NCBI RefSeq assembly: GCF_000400465.1
Contig: NW_008806277.1
Span: forward strand, 420,001-452,000
Direction: 5' to 3'
Length of the DNA: 32,000 nt
From: Wallemia ichthyophaga EXF-994
Taxonomy: Eukaryota > Fungi > Basidiomycota
Position 1 is the stretch's first letter; every line of letters starts with the position of its first letter. A model generated the notes under the pieces. The model was not told the DNA's origin. It saw nothing but the letters and a program-made list of their open reading frames with translations, and ran no database searches. Below are positions 10,868-22,600 of the stretch, one piece after another. The position numbers and the translations under genes were made by a program.

Positions 10868-11349
10868 ATGGTCTACACACTTATCGTTCACATGAGAGCA
10901 AAGCCAGAAACTGTCGAGGAAGTCAAGGGCAAGCTCCATGAAGCTTCGCGTATCTACCGTAATGACAAAGAGACCATCGACTGGCACGTTATGCAAGATC
11001 CAAAGGTGAGTAGAGTGAGGGTTTATATGCTCTGTACTAAGTATTTTCCCAGGATGCAACCAAGTTCGCCGTCGTTGAACGCTACGAGCAGGAATCTAGC
11101 CGTGGGTGAATCGATGGTGCTGCGATTGACGCTGACAGACTAAGAACACTACCACTTGACCAACCCATACTGGCAGAGTAAGTTTTATCGTTAATCGCTT
11201 ATTTATCACTAACAGACATAGCTTTCGACCCATACGTTGGTTAGTGCAAAACTTACAACACTTACAACCCCCAGCTCACATCTAACTCACACCTCACAGT
11301 TCCACGTTTAGCCGAGGAGATGCAATTGAGCAGATTTGAGGAGTTCTAA
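10868..11349 (+). CDS. Small ABM (antibiotic biosynthesis monooxygenase-like, dimeric alpha/beta barrel) domain protein, 5 exons
   Basis: Exons 10868-11005, 11053-11101, 11145-11177, 11222-11239, 11300-11349 join in frame: MVYTLIVHMRAKPETVEEVKGKLHEASRIYRNDKETIDWHVMQDPKDATKFAVVERYEQESSQHYHLTNPYWQTFDPYVVPRLAEEMQLSRFEEF*. The pattern F-x-x-x-E-x-Y...H matches the ABM fold. Confidence 0.8.
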
Positions 11350-11534
11350 GCTATGCCTCCATCTACAACCAACTCAATGGGATATTGATTGGATCTAATT
11401 TACTTTGTATAAAATCCTTGAAATGACATTCATCGAAGTATGCAATGCTTAAATTTATGTGACAAATATAAAAAACTATTTAACTGTTCCAGAAATTGTT
11501 CGAAAGGCTATTTACAACTTTAAGTAGCGCCTAT

Positions 11535-13564
11535 TTAGTATGAATTGTTGTTCCACGGCCAGATTCTCGACAGTGATGGTTTTGACCGTCTGTGACTTCT
11601 TCTCCTCTCCTCCTTCTCCTTCAATTCATCCTCCTGTACTAATCTCCTGTGCGCATTCTCCCTCGTTACAGCTGTAGTTGCTGATTTGCCCAGTGACCTC
11701 ACAATTGATGGTTGTCCTTCCATCGTGCTCATCCGACTGTATGGCCGTCTCTCCAACGATGAGCCTGAGCCTGACTCAGATGGCAACTTCTCCGGCGACG
11801 ACATCCGAGGCGATGGTCGGATAGTATCTACCTCAGCATCGTATGAATTTTTAATAGTGTTGGTCGAGCTGCCTGACACGGACCTGTGGTGGTTAGAGAG
11901 GTAAATACTGCGAGGACGGTAACCCAGACGCGATGCGTTTTCGCTATCTGGTGAAGGCGAAGTAGCGTTGGAGTGAAAGCTAGACCGTCTGCTTTCCATA
12001 GTGGTGCTATTAGGTCTATGCGAGCGTATATCATCCAGACGACTCCTGTAAGGCTGTTCTTGAGGAACGAAAGCATTAACGCTAGATGCCCGACTGTGGT
12101 TTGGTGTCTTGGATGGGCTCTGTGAACCACTTAAATCTCTTACCAGACGTGACATTCCTACAAGAGTGTCTGTCAGGTCGCGCACTAATTCGTCTGCTGC
12201 TCTCTGTGCATTCTTTGCGTGGTCGTGCAGAAGGCGACAATCTTCCACATTTTCCGGATTTGAGAAAAGCGTATTCTCAGTTTCCGCTCTTAGTAAAAAC
12301 TCTAGCGCTTGCGCGTGCAACTTGTGAATGTTCTCGGACGCTTTTGACATGTTCTTCACAGAGAGACTAGCACTGTTGTCTGCCTCATCTGATGATGCTA
12401 GATCCAGTCTCGACAATCCCATTTGAAGAGACTTTAATGAGTTGGCTAGTGTCTCAAGTCTTTTAGATGACGCCGGAGTGAGTTTCGTAGGAGAGCGCAA
12501 AATTTCATGATTTTCTAACAACGGCGATCTGTTCTTCGATCTTGAAAGCGGAACTGGTCGATCTGGTGAGAAATCTAGCGCAGACTGAGACCGCAAATGA
12601 TTCGAAGAGCGACTTAAGCCCCTTGTCAATGGAGGTGGACGGTGATTTTGAGGTGACCACTGACTGTCAGCTGAAGAAGAGAAGGCCATCGACGTGGCTG
12701 GTCTGAACTCTGATCCGCCGAGGGAAGGTCTGTTGTTGAAACGTGAATTGCGCGATATACCATCTTTCGCACCCTCAAGCGAAGTGGATGTACTGTGTCG
12801 GACAGGGCGACTGTTAATTGAAGGAGAGCGACCACTTTCCAAGTCGTTGAGCGACGAGACCACCTGACGTCTGTAGTTTGAGGACGTGGATGGTGGCAGA
12901 GGTGTATGTGAAGTATGTGACGTGGTTGAAGCAGGAAAAGGCTGGAACGTATCAGGAGCTGATGTACCCATACTGGTTCTAGTAGTTACCCGACTCGAGG
13001 GTCTTACCCTTTCTGGACTATCGAATGAAGTACGTGACGCGATCGAATTCGATCTTGTTCTTGTAATCCTGGACGACGGGGACTCTTGGTCAAAGAAATC
13101 GCGCGGAATTCTGCTGCGCCTTTTGAATGAGCTGCTTTTAGAACCTTCATTTTCCTTTGGCGGACTTTGAGCGCGACGCGACTTAGCGTAACTGGAAATA
13201 CTTAGACGATTGGAAGGCGTAGTCTGTGAAGATGCTTTCGAGCGCATGTCAAAATTAGATCTCGGGGCAGATGATGTTCTCGATGAAGCAACAGAGGCTG
13301 ATAGCGGTGAAGGAGAGAAAGGGGAAGAAGCGTGATTATTCGATGCTCGTGATGGTGTCCTAGATGGAGTACTGTTCGCAAGCGCCCGCGCTCTCTCCAG
13401 TACCTAATTCGAACGCGTCAGTATGTGGGGATAGACGCGTAGACGACACCAACTTGATTATTACGCTCAACGAGGCTATCGATCTTATTTGCAGGGTGAC
13501 TTTCAGGTGAAATATTTAAATTATTTTTCATTTTGTTTGTAGAATCCACCAATTTTCTATTCAT
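11535..13564 (-). CDS. Uncharacterised Ser/Arg/Pro-rich protein with a central predicted helical region
   Basis: The 570-aa ORF extends upstream in frame to an acceptor near 13407. A 50-nt intron (GTTGGT..CTGAC..TAG) links it to a first exon (MNRKLVDS...IDSLVERNNQ|VLERARALAN). The start codon is uncertain. Confidence 0.7.
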
Positions 13565-13647
13565 TTCATCGGCAGCTCGTGGTTGCAGATTAAGAGGCAG
13601 AAACAAACTTAATCACGTACGATCATCTCGATTTAAAAATATCAGAG

Positions 13648-16600
13648 ATGAGTGCAGCAGGACACAAAATTCTGCTTAATCTTGCAGACTGGCTCGATGA
13701 GCGCAGATCTATCGACAGGATCTGCCATCTCTCCTTGGTGCTGCCGGCACATACAGAACTTACACAGTGAGCTATGGATGGTTCAAGGTGGTTGCGATTT
13801 TATTAACCAGCGCATCCAGCTTACTTCACATGTACTTGGAGTCGTCGGAATCTCCAATCAATTTTGATAAACTGCAACCCACGGATCAATTACAGGAGGC
13901 GTTACTCGCCATTTGGAGATTCACGCAGTGCGATCCATCTCTTGTGAAGCACTGGCAGCTGCTCCCGCTTATCCATCTCATCAGCAGCCACGAAGACGCT
14001 GGGATCAGGCTTCTCTCTATATGGATTACAACAAGCGTCTACGAATTATCTATTAAATCCAAGAACACTCTTATCACCAAGTTTGTCGATTTTAGACAGC
14101 CTATTTGGCTTAAAGATGGTCAGGTACCCAGAGAAGACGGTCAATCGGTAGATAACATGATCGACGCTAGGAACTTATTAATATTGGAAGAGTCTCGTAT
14201 TAGCAGCTACAGGCAGTCTATTAGCTGTGCACCCAGCCAGAGTACTCCCTCAACCACCAATCCTAGATTATCAGTCATCGCTTCCAAGGTTATTATCTCT
14301 AGACAGTCAACACACACGCCTCTGTCTAATTATATCCCTACTCCCCCACTCGAGTCAGCTCTGGTTGACTTGTCAGTCGCATACTCTACTCGCCTCCCAA
14401 CAATCCTTTCATCGCCGCCTTCTTCTGGAAAATCCACGCTTATCAACCACCTCTCCTCAATTGTACACCCTCCATCCGCCACCCACCCACACATTCTCAC
14501 CATCCATGCCGCAGATCCTTCCCTCGATCCAAAGGCTTTGCTCGGCTCGTACATCTCCACTCCCCAAGGTACATTCGCGTACGTGGAAGGTGCACTCGTC
14601 AAAGCAGTCAGGAGCGGCATGTGGGTCGTAATAAGGGACATCGATAGAGCGTCACAAGATCTCATGTCCATCATCTCAAAACTTGCTCAATCCCTTGGTC
14701 CAACCAAGAAATTGGCCGCAAAAGGTATCCTCTCGATTCCAGGCCGGAATCCAGTCATTGCCCACTCTTCGTTCAGACTGTTAGCCACAAAATCATTTAC
14801 TACTCAGTCTTCTTTTTTGGGTTATTCACATTGGTTCCAAGTTAGCATACCTGAACCGTCGATCGAGGACGTAGCTACTATTATTGCCGGTACATTTCCA
14901 AAGTTGTCCAATGTCGCTATGAATTTCGTCAATGTATGGCAAACAGCAAGGGACGGTGCCAAAATTATGAGAACTGATGTCAAATCAGGTTCAGAAAGGA
15001 CACTCGTATTGAGAGATTTGTTTAGATGGGTGAGAAGGGTAGAGAGGTTGCTAGAAGATGTCAACATCCACCCAAAGACAATCGACGATCTTACTCGCAA
15101 TCCTATCGTCCAGGAAGAGATTTTGATAGAAGCATTCGATGTTTTTTATGCCCACAAATCAACGCAGCCAGCCATCTCACTGCTTGAGATGATCGGTGAC
15201 GAGCTGCATATTAACTCTGAACGCGTGAAATGGATAGCCAACAACAGATCTGCCGAATACAAGCAATCTGATGTTACCTCTAACATCTCCATCGGACGCT
15301 CTCAGCTTAACGCCGTTTCAGCTATTTCTCTCGCTAACAAATCCAAGTCGACGTTCGCACTCACCAAGCCATCACTCAATTTGATGGAGAAGATTGCAGT
15401 TGGTGTGTCTCACTCAGAGCCTCTATTGCTTGTCGGTGAAACCGGTACGGGTAAGACTACCATGGTGTCTTATCTGGCAAAAAACTTGAACAGAAAACTT
15501 ATTTCACTTAACCTGTCTCATCAGACAGAGGCAAGCGATTTGCTCGGCTCATTCAGACCTCTTGATCCACGTGCAGCTGCGGTAGATGTTTGGGGTACAT
15601 ACGAAGAGCTTTTTAGCACAACTTTCGACCCTACCAAGAACAAGGCCTTCTCATCAGCCATTAGGAAGAGTTACGTTAATGGCAAATGGGAGAAACTTGC
15701 TAGAGGATGGTTGGAAGCGACCAAAATGGCTCGTATCAAGATTAGCAAGGGAATAGCCAAGGAAGACAGCACAGAATCACCACGCAAAAAGCGTAAGACT
15801 AATGAAAAGTCTTCCTCCACAGTTATGTCCCAATCATGGGATGGATTTGAATCCAAGGTCAATGATTTCATTGTTCAACACGTAGACAACTTGTCTGGAA
15901 AAGCTAGATTTGTGTTCTCGTTTGTCGAAGGTCCTTTAGTGACAGCACTGCGAAGGGGAGATTGGATACTTCTAGATGAGGTCAATTTAGCATCGCCAGA
16001 GACTCTAGAATGCCTGTCATCCTTGGTCACCTCCCCTACTTCTTCGATTGTCTTGACGGAACGTGGCGATCTTGAAGAAATTCCGCGCCATCCTGACTTT
16101 AGAATTTTCGCTTGCATGTGAGTTTACATCTATATGTCGCGATTTTGAAAGTCTAACAAGCCTCAAGGAACCCAGCTACGGACGTAGGAAAGCGTAATTT
16201 GCCTCAAAATCTCCGTGAACGGTTCACAGAGATATATACAGCTCCTCCTGACAACGACAAAGACGCACTCGTATCGATCGTCGACAAATATATTGGTCAG
16301 CTAAGTGCTGGTGATAAGGGTGTCGTTATGGATGTGGCAGAACTTTATTACACCACCAAGATGTTGGCAGAGTCTCATGAGATCGCTGACGGTGCCAACC
16401 AGCGGCCTCATTACTCCATGCGTACTCTTGCACGTGCACTTTCATTTGCTGCGACAGTCACTCCTATTTATGGTCTGCGGAGATCGCTATGGGAGGGTTG
16501 GATTATGGCTTTCACCATGCCCTTGTCAGAGAAGAGCGCAAATGTTGTGAAAGCGCTGGCAGAGAGACACATAGTTAATCGAGCAAAAAATCCTCGTACT

Positions 16601-19600
16601 GTCCTTAACTCAGCACCACCCAAGCCAACATCCGACCAATATTTGGGACTTGGTCACTTCTGGTTAGAGCGTGGACCACTGCCTTTGGAAGTCGATGAAG
16701 GCTACATTCTTACTCCATCAGTGCAGGCAAAGTTGATCGACTTGGCTAGAGTCGTTTTGACTCGTCGCTTCCCAGTCCTCATTCAGGGTCCAACATCAGC
16801 TGGTAAAACAAGTGCTGTTGAGTACCTCGCCAAGCGTACTGGTCACTCTTTCGTTCGTATCAACAACCACGAACACACAGATTTGCAAGAATATCTCGGT
16901 ACATACGTTTCTGATCCTGACACAGGTAAATTTGAATTCCAGGAAGGAGTTCTAGTGCGAGCTTTGAGGAATGGTGACTGGATAGTACTTGATGAGCTTA
17001 ACCTTGCACCAACTGATGTCCTCGAAGCCTTGAACAGGTTGTTAGATGACAATAGGGAGCTGGTCATTCCAGAGACTGGGGAAGTCGTAAAGCCTCATCC
17101 TCACTTTATGTTGTTCGCCACCCAGAATCCTCCTGGTCTGTATGCAGGCCGTAAAGTACTCTCTCGTGCGTTTAGAAATAGATTTTTAGAAGTGCATTTC
17201 GACGACGTACCACAAGATGAGTTGGAGACTATATTATGTCAACGTTGCAAAATCGCACCATCCTACGCCAACAAGATTGTTGCTGTTTTTCGTGAACTTC
17301 AACGCAGAAGACAAGCGGAGAGAGTGTTTGAGACAAAACAAAGTTTTGCAACACTTAGAGACCTGTTCAGATGGGCAAAGAGAGACGTCATTGGATATCA
17401 GCAGTTAGCCGAAAATGGGTATATGCTTTTGGCAGAACGTGCCAGGAGATTGGATGACAAGGTTGTCGTTAAGGAGGTTGTCCAGGATGTAATGAAAGTC
17501 ACCATTGATACCGAAGGATTGTACAATATGACAGAAGGTGACATGTTGGAGAAGATCGGATGTGTTCTGAAGGATGATACGGGAATGGTATGGACTAAGG
17601 CTGCCAAGAGACTGTTTGTTCTGGTCGCTATGGCTTTAAAATACAACGAACCAGTCTTGTTGGTTGGTGATACAGGTACCGGTAAGACCTCAGTCTGTCA
17701 AGTGCTCGCAAACACTCTCAACCAGCGTCTTCGAGATATATCTTGCCACGAAAACATCGAGACTGCGGACATTCTCGGTGGTCAGCGTCCTATTCGGAAC
17801 AGAGCGGCGATGCAATCCCAGATAGTTCTAGAAGCAAATGAGGTGCTTGGTGGTGCTGTTGGTGGGGAAATCGATGGTATTAGCATTGCCCTGAATGAGG
17901 CGCTTAGTCAGGAAATGCCTCAAGATAAAATAGAGGTTATCCGGACTATTCAGACTAAAATCAAACATGCTACCGCGCTTTTTGAATGGCACGATGGTCC
18001 TTTAGTTGAGGCAATGCGTCATGGCGATCTGCTCTTGATGGATGAGATATCATTGGCAGATGACGCTGTGCTGGAGCGTCTAAATTCGGTTCTAGAGCCA
18101 TCTCGCTCATTGGTGTTAGCTGAGAGGGGCGGCAAAGACATCGAGCAGCTGCAAGTAACCGCAACACATGGATTCCAAATTATCGCTACTATGAATCCAG
18201 GTGGAGATTTCGGCAAAAAGGAGCTGTCTCCTGCTCTTCGTAACCGTTTTACTGAGATTTGGGTGCCGGCTATTGAAGATCGTGAGGATCTCGAAATGAT
18301 TATCAAGAGTTCTTGGAAGAACACGATTTTGGACAAGTATGCTTCCAAAATGCTTGATTTTGTCGACTGGTTCTCCGCTCACAACTTCGGCGGCGGTGGG
18401 ATTTCAACGACCAGTGTTGGATTACGTGATTTAATCGCTTGGGCTAAATTCCTTGATTACGTCACAAAGTGGCTAGATCCTCAGCAGGCGTTTATGTGAG
18501 TTGATGACTAGGTTTCACTCTCAGTAACTTACTTATCCAACAGTCATGGTGCTGCGTTAGCCATCTTTGATGGGCTTCACTTCCACGCCCAGGAGAAGTG
18601 TGCTGAGAAAGCGATTTCCACAGTTGGTGCTACTCAAGAAGTCGTTTCCTTACAATCTACCATCAACGATACCCATGACTCCTTCTCCATAGGCCCATTC
18701 GGCGTTGCAAAAGGTGACCTTAGCACTTCAAACAAGTCATTCAGTTTCCATGCCCCCACAACTCGTCTCAATGGTATGAAAGTGTTGCGTGCATTGCAAG
18801 TGCCCAAGCCGATTTTGTTGGAGGGCAGTCCAGGTGTTGGTAAGACCAGTTTGGTTGCAGCTCTTGCGAACTCAACGAATCGACACTTGGTTCGTATCAA
18901 CCTTTCTGACCAGACAGACTTGATGGATCTTTTCGGCTCGGATTTACCAGTTGAAGGAGGAAAGCCTGGAGAATTTGCTTGGCGGGATGCCGCATTCTTA
19001 AGCGCTATGCAAGAAGGCCACTGGGTGCTGCTGGATGAAATGAACCTTGCATCGCAGTCTGTTCTCGAGGGTCTTAACGCTGTCCTCGATCACCGTGGCT
19101 CGGTATTTCTGCCTGAGCTAGGCAGGCATTTCGAAAAGCACTCATCATTCCGTATATTTGCTGCCCAGAATCCTTTGCAACAAGGTGGTGGTCGTAAGGG
19201 TCTTCCACAGTCGTTCTTGAACAGATTTTCGAAAGTTTATGTCCAAGAGCTGTCACCTGAGGATCTTATCATTATCTGCCAACAACTCTACCCATCTTAT
19301 CCACAAGATACCCTCACCAAAATGATTGAGTTCAACAGACGTCTTGAAATCGAAATCGCTCAAAAGCGCTCATTCGGACGTGATGGCGCTCCTTGGGAGT
19401 TCAATTTGAGGGACATTCTCCGCTGGCTTCAACTCTTGCATACTCCTTCAGCCGTCGAGACAGAGGACAGAAAGCCAAGCGATTATCTTTACAGCATCTA
19501 CCTAAGTCGTTTGAGAACTGAAGTTGACAGGGAGTCAGCAGCAAACCTATACAAGTCCATTTTCGATGAAAAATTCTCGCTTGGGCGTCCACAATACCTC

Positions 19601-22600
19601 ATCTCTGATAGCGAAGTCCAGATAGGTAATGCCCACATTGTTCGCGGTGAAAAGCACCACTCAGCTGTCCTGCCTACTATTACACTTCAATCGCACCTGC
19701 ACGCACTTCAAACGCTAACAAGAACGTTTGATATGGGATGGCTTGCGATTATTGTCAGTCATGCCGCATCAGGAAAGACAGGTCTAGCTAGGCATTTTGC
19801 CGCGCTTTCTGGTCGCAAATTGCATGAGTTCGATATGAACGCTGGTGTGGACACTATGGAGTTGTTAGGGTCGTTTGAGCAAGCTGACGCCACGAGAATA
19901 ATTCACAATGTCCTTAACTCCTTACTTGAAGACTTGGACAATCACCTCGGTATCAATGTCGACGAGGACCAGTTTGTGGCTATTGATAACAGCAGAACTA
20001 TTATCAGAGCAGCTCAATCTGACTTTGAAAAGCACGGCAACAAGGCTATTTCTGTTGTCAATGAAAGCGTAGCAAGGGTATTTGAATCACGTGTTGGTGT
20101 TAGTTTCGAGACCTTTGAAACAGTCAACAAGCTTTTGGAAGACTACAATGCCCAATTAAGTCAGTCAGAGGCTGGCAGATTCGAATGGGTAGATGGTGTG
20201 CTTCTGCGTGCCATGAAGAATGGTGATTGGCTTCTCATCGATGATGCCAATCTCTGTAGTCCTTCTGTACTTGATAGACTGAACTCTCTATTTGAAACTG
20301 AAGGCAGTCTTGTCTTGAGCGAGCGTGGCATGGTTAAGAACCAAATTCAAACCATAAAACCACACCCCGATTTCAGAATGATCATGGCTTTAGATCCTCG
20401 TCATGGAGAGCTGTCAAGAGCTATGAGAAATCGAGGTATTGAAATATATCTTTCACCACCAACTTCGTTCGACAAAGAATCGATTCTCTCAATGACCAGA
20501 ATCAGTGGACCATCTGACGCGTCGCTGATGAAGAATGCCGTCGAAACGCAGAAAGCTTCTCGTGGCTTACTGGAGGAAAGAAGAGACGAGCATAATTTGC
20601 CTTGGGTCAATATTGGCTTAGAAGATCCTGATGCAGAGGCAATTTCTCAATCCGCTTACATTCTCTCCTGTGGTCTTGACAAGGTCAGTGCTGATGCAGG
20701 CTTGCTGCAACTTGTCAGGACACTGAGTGTAGCTCGCTTGAAAACTAGCGCTTCAGCGTTACAGCTGCTCGATAGTCAGAACACCAACAATAGGCTTGTT
20801 CAGATTGTTGAACGTGTCGTTCAGTCCTCATTTGCACAAAGCCGTAATGTAAATTCAATGGTTGTGAGTTCATAGTCGTGCATTTAACGCAGACTAACTT
20901 TCTTTAGCCTCTCAGCACTCTCATCTTTGACTATGGTCTGTCTAGCGACGACGCCACTTATATTGGATACGTCGTAGATCTTTGTACAAGAATGGTTGTT
21001 GCGGGCGTGGACTGGGAAACTCGCAAAAAGACTGCGTCTTGGGTTAATCACAAGGATCTGACAATCCTTGATCGTGCTGCTCTTATCCAAGCGAAGAAGA
21101 ACGTTCCTTCAAACACACCTGACAATGTTAATGAGCTTGGCATAGCTATCCAGCGTCAGCAAAAGCTTGGAGGAGTCATCGAAGGACTGTTAACAAAACG
21201 CGTAGATTTTAGCGTTCTAAAAACATTTGAACGCCTTGTTGATCTTCACGTGGAGCTGGAGAACACTACTAACAACGTCCACTTTGATTACTCCTCCATG
21301 CAAGTTGTGCTGGAAATGATGAAAGACGTCCTTACTCAGATTGACGTTCCCAACCAAATGGAGGCTATTGATGCACTTGCCACCACAGTTGAAATGAAGA
21401 GTGGACAGGGGTTAAATGAAATTTGGTCTTCACTCCTTCCAGATATTCGCGATAGGCAAGCTGATGAACTAATGAAAGGACTCAAGAAATATAGTAAAAA
21501 TTTAAAGCCAGAGATGAAAGGATCGTTTATCGAAATCGTTGCCTCCCTTGGACTGTCGAAGATTGCACAAAACGTGTACGGATTAGCAAGCGATCTGCTG
21601 AAGGAGCTAGTCGTGGATAAACCAGCTGCTGAAAGTGATGAGCGTAAGGATGCTGCAAATGCTGCATTCGATGTTGCACTTGAGACGTCTATGATAGATT
21701 CTCCACAGACCGCCCAAGTTAAAAATGCTGCTTTGGTCCAACGCTTTACCCAGGACAAGCACGTGGATCCTTTATCTGTTGTGGGGTTGAAGCAAGCAAT
21801 CTGGCTCATGGAAGTGCAGCCTGGGAAAGTTGACTCCACCATTTACTTGACAATGCTCACATCATGGATGGCGCGTACTTGGTCTTTACAAGATGTAAGT
21901 TATTAAGCTGACTTGACAAATTATGCTAAAACGTACTAGGGCCATTTCTCCGGTCCAGCAGATTTACTGAGACCACTCACACTTCGTGCTGTTTCTGAAA
22001 GATGCTCTCGCAACAAAAAGAGGTCTGTTAGAGATATCAGCACCATTCATGACAATCTTCAAAAGGACGCTAAAGCATTGGTGCTCAACTCTAGCTCGTT
22101 TGACAAACCTCGTCAAATGGTTTTGAAAAACGTTATGACAGTAGTGGTGTTGCTGGTGAGTAAATTATGCTTCGATAACAAAATTCTAACTTCGTTTAAG
22201 ATCTTCAGTGCATTTGCTCCACAAATCGATGCAAGCGAAAATGATAAGGAGATGATTCTTCAACCAAACTCGACAGATGATTTGAATGTTGACAAGTTGA
22301 AATTATTGGCAGGAAAATGCCAACATCAAGAATTCAAGAACATCGCTGACACCGTCTTATGCCCTGCTTTAGATGTCGAAGTTTCCGACACACGCAAAAT
22401 CAGCAGAGCTTGGATCAGTGTGTCAATGGCGTGTTTGAAACTTTACATTCCAAATTTTGCGCTTGACCCATCTGTTCCTGCACAGTCTAGGCGCTTATTC
22501 GGAAAGCATCGTGAAGAGAGACTTCTTGCTGAACTTGCGGCTGCGAAGGAGTATGAAAGAATTACAAGTGGAAATCAGACAAGCTCTCTTATACAATTTA

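Noticed and set aside
634-13564. Functional gene cluster (nuclease, AP endonuclease, GID4, VNX1, ING, ABM)
   Set aside because: These are unrelated housekeeping functions in mixed orientation; adjacency is explained by genome compaction. No biosynthetic backbone or defence-system logic.
14410-19790. Non-canonical Walker A/B in midasin AAA1 (SPPSSGKS / IRDID) and AAA6 (SHAASGKT / IDDAN)
   Set aside because: The first and last AAA modules of Mdn1/Rea1 are known to be the most divergent, so this is expected rather than novel.
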